A DNA stretch of 21,924 nucleotides from a virus. Its lineage: Duplodnaviria; Heunggongvirae; Uroviricota; Caudoviricetes. The stretch covers positions 1 through 21,924 of the IMG/VR virus record IMGVR_UViG_2609459845_000023; one strand, written 5' to 3'. The notes beneath the pieces were generated by a model. The model saw nothing but the letters and a program-made list of their open reading frames with translations. It was not told the origin of the DNA and searched no databases. Position 1 is the stretch's first letter. Each line of letters opens with the position of its first letter. This document shows positions 17,029-21,924 of this stretch, piece by piece. Both the position numbers and the translations under genes were made by a program.

Positions 17029-17083
17029 AGCCTCGCGATGCGGGGCTTTTTGCAATAAATGCGTACCGCAACGCATGTTTTTT
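17029..17083 (+). terminator. tandem intrinsic terminators ending the rightward operon
   Basis: hairpin AGCCTCGC-GAT-GCGGGGCT + TTTTT (about 17029..17051), then ATGCGT-ACCGCA-ACGCAT + GTTTTTT (17059..17083). Confidence 0.6.
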
Positions 17084-17198
17084 ACACCGAACCTGCCCCT
17101 TTGGAATGGGCCTTTGAGGATACCAGTTAGTGCTGGCGAGCCTCGGTGGGCTGGTTTCCTATGCGGCAAAGGTTCATTTCAAATGGTAGGTAAACGTT

Positions 17199-17720
17199 AT
17201 GAATATCGTGCCACTTAATTACAAAGGTGAAATTGTCAGTTTCAACACTGATGGTTGGATCAACGTCACAGGTGTTGCTGAGAGATTTGGAAAACGCATT
17301 GATAACTGGATGCGTTTGGCAGAAACGCTTGAATACGTTCGTGCTTTAGACGAAGCGTTGACCGGGAAAGAATCTCAAATTTTACATCCCTCACAATCGA
17401 GGTATGTAAAAACCAGCAAGGCACGAAAGGACAGGGGTGGTGGTACGTGGCTACATCCAAAACTTTCAGTTGCATTTGCCCGTTGGTGTGATGCTCGTTT
17501 TGCTGTGTGGTGCGACCTGCACATTGATAGTCTGCTTCGCGGTGAACTGACTGAGCAGCAGAAATATGAGCAAGCATGTCGCATTCGCGATGACCGGAAA
17601 TCAAAAGCCAGCAATGGGGCAAGAGAGATGGCTCGCTGGCGATGGGATAAGCCGGTTATTGAAGCAAATGTTGAGTACTGGCGCGAGCAACTGCAGTTGA
17701 CTCTCGATATCGCGTGCTGA
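17199..17720 (+). CDS. KilA-N domain protein (173 aa)
   Basis: track ORF; N-terminal pattern DGWINVTGVAERFGKRIDNWMRLAETLEYVRALDEAL fits the KilA-N / APSES-type DNA-binding signature; SD GGTAGG upstream. Confidence 0.65.
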   Translation: MNIVPLNYKGEIVSFNTDGWINVTGVAERFGKRIDNWMRLAETLEYVRALDEALTGKESQILHPSQSRYVKTSKARKDRGGGTWLHPKLSVAFARWCDARFAVWCDLHIDSLLRGELTEQQKYEQACRIRDDRKSKASNGAREMARWRWDKPVIEANVEYWREQLQLTLDIAC

Positions 17721-18177
17721 TGGCAAACGCAAAACTGCGTTATCGGAAAAATCAAAGCATTACGAGAACTGAGCAACGGCTATCCATTACAAAGCCCATC
17801 TACGGGTGGGCTTGATAATGAAACCGGAATTTATTCTTGGCAACCAGTTACGGCAGTACCACAAAACAACCCAAGCCAGTAAGTGGGGAAATAACACTGG
17901 CAGCCACTGAAAGATGAACCTCCTGCCTTATGGCAAAAAAGATTCTTTGTTGTGGCGGACTGATGGAAAGACATCGGTTATTGCAGAGGCCATTCAATGA
18001 GTGGTCTCGACAATGGCTTATACCCTGCACGGGATAACTTAACTGATATCCCTTTTAACGGATAAACGGAGCCAACAATGGCAGAGCTCACAGACAAACA
18101 AGAGCTGTTTGCCCATCCGGATGATGTGTATGTCGGAGAGTGTGTGATTTATACCGGCTACCGGGCAAGTTCCGGAT

Positions 18178-18513
18178 ATGTCATCCTTTACCTATACAAC
18201 AACCGGGTCTGGTGTGGTTATTCGCCTTCCTGGCAATATGATCATCCAGATGGATGTAGGTACAACGGACAGTAACGGATTTTATAATGTGAATATGGGT
18301 GTGGCGATGAGCTCATACCAGGTATTTGCAGTAGAAGGCCATGTCTCTGGATGGACAGCCTCCGGCGGTATCTATCAACTCTTAACCGTGTATGGTGCCG
18401 AAAAGGTTAACGCAGGGAGCTTTAATGTTCGTTCTGCAACCTGGAGTTCGTCCGACCACAACTTTACTGCGCAGCCAACAGTTTTTAACTGGATTGCTAT
18501 CGGGAGAGCGTAA
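18178..18513 (+). CDS. probable 3' remnant of a side tail-fibre gene (C-terminal domain, 111 aa)
   Basis: track ORF; stop overlaps the tfa start (TAATG) as in stf-tfa pairs; the frame is open from about 18148; overlapping ORF 18078..18275 in another frame suggests a 5' truncation or frameshift. Confidence 0.45.
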   Translation: MSSFTYTTTGSGVVIRLPGNMIIQMDVGTTDSNGFYNVNMGVAMSSYQVFAVEGHVSGWTASGGIYQLLTVYGAEKVNAGSFNVRSATWSSSDHNFTAQPTVFNWIAIGRA

Positions 18514-18977
18514 TGTCTGATTCAGATTTTTTATATAGTGCCAAAAGCAACGCTTTTGTTTTCAAGGAAAGCTCTCTGTTAAAGACGGACGAATACAGTG
18601 ATGCTGTGCCGGTTGATATGGGTGTTTTCGCCGAATTTTACCCAACAGTTAAAGACGGCATGCGAAGGGTTGCAGGGCCAGACGGCATGCCTGCGTGGGA
18701 AAAAATTCCCGAGCCAACTAAAGAAGAACTGTTCGCGCTTAAACTGGCACAGGCCGAGTCAAAGAGAGATGCGTTAATCTCTGCGGCTAACGCATATATA
18801 AGCAGCGAACACTGGCCTTCTAAGCTCATTCTGGAGATCATCACCGATGAAGAGAAGGCGACCTTTAAAGAGTGGCTTGCTCATATCGATGCCTTGAAGA
18901 AAATGAAGTTTAATGATGAAGCAGCGATATTAAGTGACAGCCTTGAATGGCCGCCACGTCCTGCTACCGCGTCGTAA
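18513..18977 (+). CDS. tfa: tail-fibre assembly protein (Tfa family)
   Basis: 154-aa ORF; C-terminal region (...EELFALKLAQAESKRDALISAANAYISSEHW...EEKATFKEWLAHIDAL...LEWPPRP) resembles the conserved Tfa C-terminal domain ending in an EWP..P motif. Confidence 0.75.
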   Translation: MSDSDFLYSAKSNAFVFKESSLLKTDEYSDAVPVDMGVFAEFYPTVKDGMRRVAGPDGMPAWEKIPEPTKEELFALKLAQAESKRDALISAANAYISSEHWPSKLILEIITDEEKATFKEWLAHIDALKKMKFNDEAAILSDSLEWPPRPATAS

Positions 18978-20025
18978 TCTCCTGGCGTTTCAGCGCCGAA
19001 CGGGCCAGACGGATAAACGGTTTTTCAATTATCCGGTTAGCTGCGAATGCCATCATCAGAGAAGCAACAAGCATGCAGGGGACAAGGACGCCCCAGTGCT
19101 TATACTCCCCAATCGGAATAAATTTCTGTACCATCTGCATTACCAGCCAATGACAGAGATAAATGCTATATGTCAGGTCGCCAAGAATTGATAATGCTTT
19201 TATCTCTCCCGCCTTTGATTTATCCAGCATCAAAACGCCCACAAAAAATATTGCAGCAAAAAAGAACATTCCTTCTATACCGCTGGTATGGTCTGAGAAT
19301 GTGAAGAAAAAATAGAAAAATAAAGCCGATGCGAATATTGCTATAGTAATAGCAGTTAAGTTAGGAAGAATTAATTTAAACCTTTCAAATATCATTCCAG
19401 ACATAATCCCAAACGCAAACTCATAAAACATCGTTGAGCCTGCCAGCCTGATTAGACCATAAAACGGCGAGTCAGCAGGAGGGATAGCGGTGACTGTGCT
19501 GTTAAACGACAACCCTCCATTAAACGCAACCTGTAGCACTGCCGGGATTGCAATCAGCAGCGCGATACACAATGAACCTCGATACCGGGTCGTTATTGCA
19601 GCGCACATACAGAAAATAGCGTAGAACGATATTTCATAAGTCAATGTCCACGCGGGCGGTAGCAGATTAAATCCAAACGCCGGAGCGGGTAGTGTGTAAT
19701 CGTTGTGCAGAACCAGAAAACCCCTGGATAATTGTGTGGCAGGCGCAGGTTGCAATAACAACGAAACCAGTAACACAACAAAAAATAGCGGGTATATTCT
19801 GGCGAATCGTTTAACAATAAATACCGTTGGTCTGCATTCCTCAGGATTTATTGTTGACCAATAAATAATAAATCCAGAGATAATGAAAAAAATATCAACG
19901 CCCACCATGCCATTTGCAAATAAATTAGCAAACCAGCGCGGAGTAAAAAAAGAAAAATGGTACAGCACCACAAGTAGCGCTGCTATTCCACGAAGATACT
20001 GGACGGAAAATATTTTATTGTTCAT
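18964..20025 (-). CDS. acyltransferase-3 family integral membrane protein (O-acetyltransferase-like)
   Basis: track ORF 18964..20037 (TTG); likely ATG start at 20025 (MNNKIFSVQYLRGIAALLVVLYHF...); multiple hydrophobic helices; AT-rich; converges on tfa with a 14-nt overlap. Confidence 0.8.
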   Translation of the reverse strand: MNNKIFSVQYLRGIAALLVVLYHFSFFTPRWFANLFANGMVGVDIFFIISGFIIYWSTINPEECRPTVFIVKRFARIYPLFFVVLLVSLLLQPAPATQLSRGFLVLHNDYTLPAPAFGFNLLPPAWTLTYEISFYAIFCMCAAITTRYRGSLCIALLIAIPAVLQVAFNGGLSFNSTVTAIPPADSPFYGLIRLAGSTMFYEFAFGIMSGMIFERFKLILPNLTAITIAIFASALFFYFFFTFSDHTSGIEGMFFFAAIFFVGVLMLDKSKAGEIKALSILGDLTYSIYLCHWLVMQMVQKFIPIGEYKHWGVLVPCMLVASLMMAFAANRIIEKPFIRLARSALKRQEITTR

Positions 20026-20059
20026 TATGTGGCCCAATTTTCATTGAGCCACAATTATA

Positions 20060-21346
20060 TCAGAAAACCCCCTCAACCCACAACTGGCCATCAAAGCACA
20101 CCATTCTAAACAGACGTGATGCGGCGTTCCCGCCAGCCGCCACTACCAAATCAGCATCAAATATCGCCATGCCATTAGCCGGGTGGTACAGGTCGCCGAC
20201 AGCCTGTTTAAGCGTCAGATCACCAGCTCCCGGCGTTGCGCTTCGGACCATCAGATAAAACGAACTCCCGTCCGGGTAAACAGTTGGCAGCGCATTGATT
20301 GTCACGTTACCGGATAACCCCTCGGTGAAATAACAATGTCCAGTTTCAGGCCACCAGATTAAATCAGTAGCGTTGATATTGCTCGTTCCCGCTACATCAA
20401 TGAGCTTGTGGATTTTCCCTGGCTGTAAATCCCCGGAGTTTGCACAGAACAGCGCCGACAGTTGCTGCAATGCGGTTTCACTATCGCGCCAGTTCAGCAC
20501 ATTTGTAATAGTCCCGCGCTTAATTCTGCCGTCAAACAAAACGGGGCGCTCTGGCGTGAACGTCACGAAGTCTTTCGTGTCTACAAAATAAGTCCATTTT
20601 TTTGTGTCGAAAAAATCCGCATAGATTCTGATCGTGCCGTCCGGCAAATAAACCAGCGCCGGGCCTTCCGCCGCCTGAGTAAACGGAATTACTGATAATT
20701 TCGTGAACTGTCCTGAGAAACAATTTGAACAATACACCTCAATTTTTTTGGTGATTTCATCTTTTATTGTCAGGTAATACGTCTGGAATATTCTGGAAAA
20801 AACAGAATCAATCATGTTTTTTGGTTCGATATTTACCGCAACCGGATCGTAAAACTCCAGTCTCTCAACATCAGAACAGACAGAATAGAATGTTTTAAAA
20901 CTTTTGACATTTACACCTTTACTGTCAGTCTGATCGTTGTAATAACGCAGGCTGACTATCAGGAACAGATTTTCGTCATCAACAAACCATTCAGGAGCCC
21001 ACACGTCAGTGGTCACCAGATCTGAACCCGGTAATCGTTTCCCACAGACTGGCGTATCGCCAAGCTTAATTCGTACCAGTTCCCACACGGTTAAATCACG
21101 TGAGCGCCAGCAATCGACGTCATAAACGTTTTCTGTATATCCTGATACGGCTATTAACCACCAACCGTTGTGATAAATAATTGATGGGTCTCTCCCTAAA
21201 ACTTCTCCAGTTCCACCAATAGCCCAAAGGAATTGAGCCTTTATTTTTTCGAATCGTTCTCCATCATAAGATAATGCCAGGTTTACTTTTGAGCTTTGGT
21301 CACTTTCAAAAAAAGAACCAACAAACAGCGCGGAATTATTTTTCAC
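20060..21346 (-). CDS. hypothetical protein (428 aa), upstream partner of the acyltransferase
   Basis: track ORF; only possible start is GTG at 21346 (in-frame TAA two codons upstream) with weak SD; no signal peptide; family not recognised. Confidence 0.65.
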   Translation of the reverse strand: MKNNSALFVGSFFESDQSSKVNLALSYDGERFEKIKAQFLWAIGGTGEVLGRDPSIIYHNGWWLIAVSGYTENVYDVDCWRSRDLTVWELVRIKLGDTPVCGKRLPGSDLVTTDVWAPEWFVDDENLFLIVSLRYYNDQTDSKGVNVKSFKTFYSVCSDVERLEFYDPVAVNIEPKNMIDSVFSRIFQTYYLTIKDEITKKIEVYCSNCFSGQFTKLSVIPFTQAAEGPALVYLPDGTIRIYADFFDTKKWTYFVDTKDFVTFTPERPVLFDGRIKRGTITNVLNWRDSETALQQLSALFCANSGDLQPGKIHKLIDVAGTSNINATDLIWWPETGHCYFTEGLSGNVTINALPTVYPDGSSFYLMVRSATPGAGDLTLKQAVGDLYHPANGMAIFDADLVVAAGGNAASRLFRMVCFDGQLWVEGVF

Positions 21347-21436
21347 GATGATTTACCGATTGGATATTTATATTTAAAGACAATTTAAATTTATAATAAA
21401 TGTCCCAAAATTGCTCACTATTTGGTTATGGGAAAT

Positions 21437-21480
21437 AACGATCAAAATCTTCAAATCGATCGGTTGCAACGATCAAAATC
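21437..21480. repeat. 13-bp direct repeat AACGATCAAAATC x2 (31-bp spacing) with three GATC sites
   Basis: read directly at 21437..21449 and 21468..21480; GATC at about 21440, 21458 and 21471; lies in the divergent intergenic region. Confidence 0.6.
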
Positions 21481-21490
21481 CATGCATTGG

Positions 21491-21510
21491 TACTGTATGT
21501 ACATACAGTG
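21491..21510 (+). promoter_or_regulatory. LexA operator (SOS box) upstream of the umuD-like gene
   Basis: TACTGTATGTACATACAGTG contains a perfect 16-bp palindrome CTGTATGTACATACAG fitting CTGT-N8-ACAG; 16 bp upstream of the start codon. Confidence 0.8.
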
Positions 21511-21525
21511 CCAATGAGGTGAGTT

Positions 21526-21924
21526 ATGGTTGCCATGTCACAGTTTCCCAGCCCTGCTGCTGATTACCACGAGGATGCGATCTCACTCGACAAGGAGTTG
21601 ATACGAAAACCAGCGGCGACATTCTTCATCCGTTACGCTGCTACATCATGGCGGGAAGGAATCAAGAGAGGTGCTCTGCTGGTCATGGACACATCGCTGA
21701 CTCCGGTAGACGGAAGCCTGGTGATTTGTCATCTGAATGACCAGATACGGCTGTTGCGTCTCAGGCTGCTGCCAAAGGTGCACCTGGAAGAACTGGACCA
21801 CGCTGATAAAAAGACATGGATAACTGACGACGATTGTGAGGAACGAGTCGTAGTGAAGGGGGTGGTGACGTACATCATCAATGACGCGCGGACTGGTGAG
21901 TTTGATGACTACCCGCTGAAGTGA
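21526..21924 (+). CDS. UmuD'-like protein (LexA/UmuD S24 family), 132 aa
   Basis: track ORF; FPSPAADY motif and overall alignment to the E. coli UmuD C-terminal domain; SD GAGGTGAG upstream; begins near the position of the UmuD Cys24-Gly25 cleavage site. Confidence 0.7.
   Translation: MVAMSQFPSPAADYHEDAISLDKELIRKPAATFFIRYAATSWREGIKRGALLVMDTSLTPVDGSLVICHLNDQIRLLRLRLLPKVHLEELDHADKKTWITDDDCEERVVVKGVVTYIINDARTGEFDDYPLK

Noticed and set aside
17266-18030. Minus-strand ORFs (118, 133, 60 aa) over and beyond the KilA-N gene
   Set aside because: Antisense to the KilA-N gene, or lacking any start context in the 17721..18077 gap.

Overview
The window holds the 3' end of host gene ybhC (1..1284, minus strand), a canonical phage-lambda attL core (GCTTTTTTATACTAA, 1331..1345), and about 20.6 kb of an integrated lambdoid prophage that runs off the right edge. 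The backbone is lambda-type: int, xis, exo, bet, gam, kil, cIII, ea10, N, nutL, nutR, tR1, cII, oop RNA, O with ori-lambda iterons, P, ren, tR2, ninB and ninE. The immunity cassette is phage-434-type: cI, cro and ACAA-N6-TTGT operators. The prophage looks defective. No Q antiterminator, pR' or head/tail genes are present; a holin/SAR-endolysin/Rz/Rz1 cassette follows directly after a short ninE. The Dam methyltransferase gene is frameshifted in an A6 run, two accessory ORFs carry in-frame TGA codons, and only a tail-fibre 3' remnant plus tfa remain. Accessory slots hold uncharacterised cargo, which is where I would look for anything new: an AT-rich 226-242 aa gene in the ral/sieB slot, a signal-peptide protein coupled to cI in the rexAB slot, an int-proximal AT-rich island, a membrane acyltransferase plus 428-aa protein pair, and a LexA-box-controlled UmuD'-like gene beside a GATC-rich repeat region. 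All identifications rest on reading the sequence and on recall of lambda/434 proteins; no database search was run. Hand-derived coordinates (not from the ORF track) may be off by 1-2 nt.
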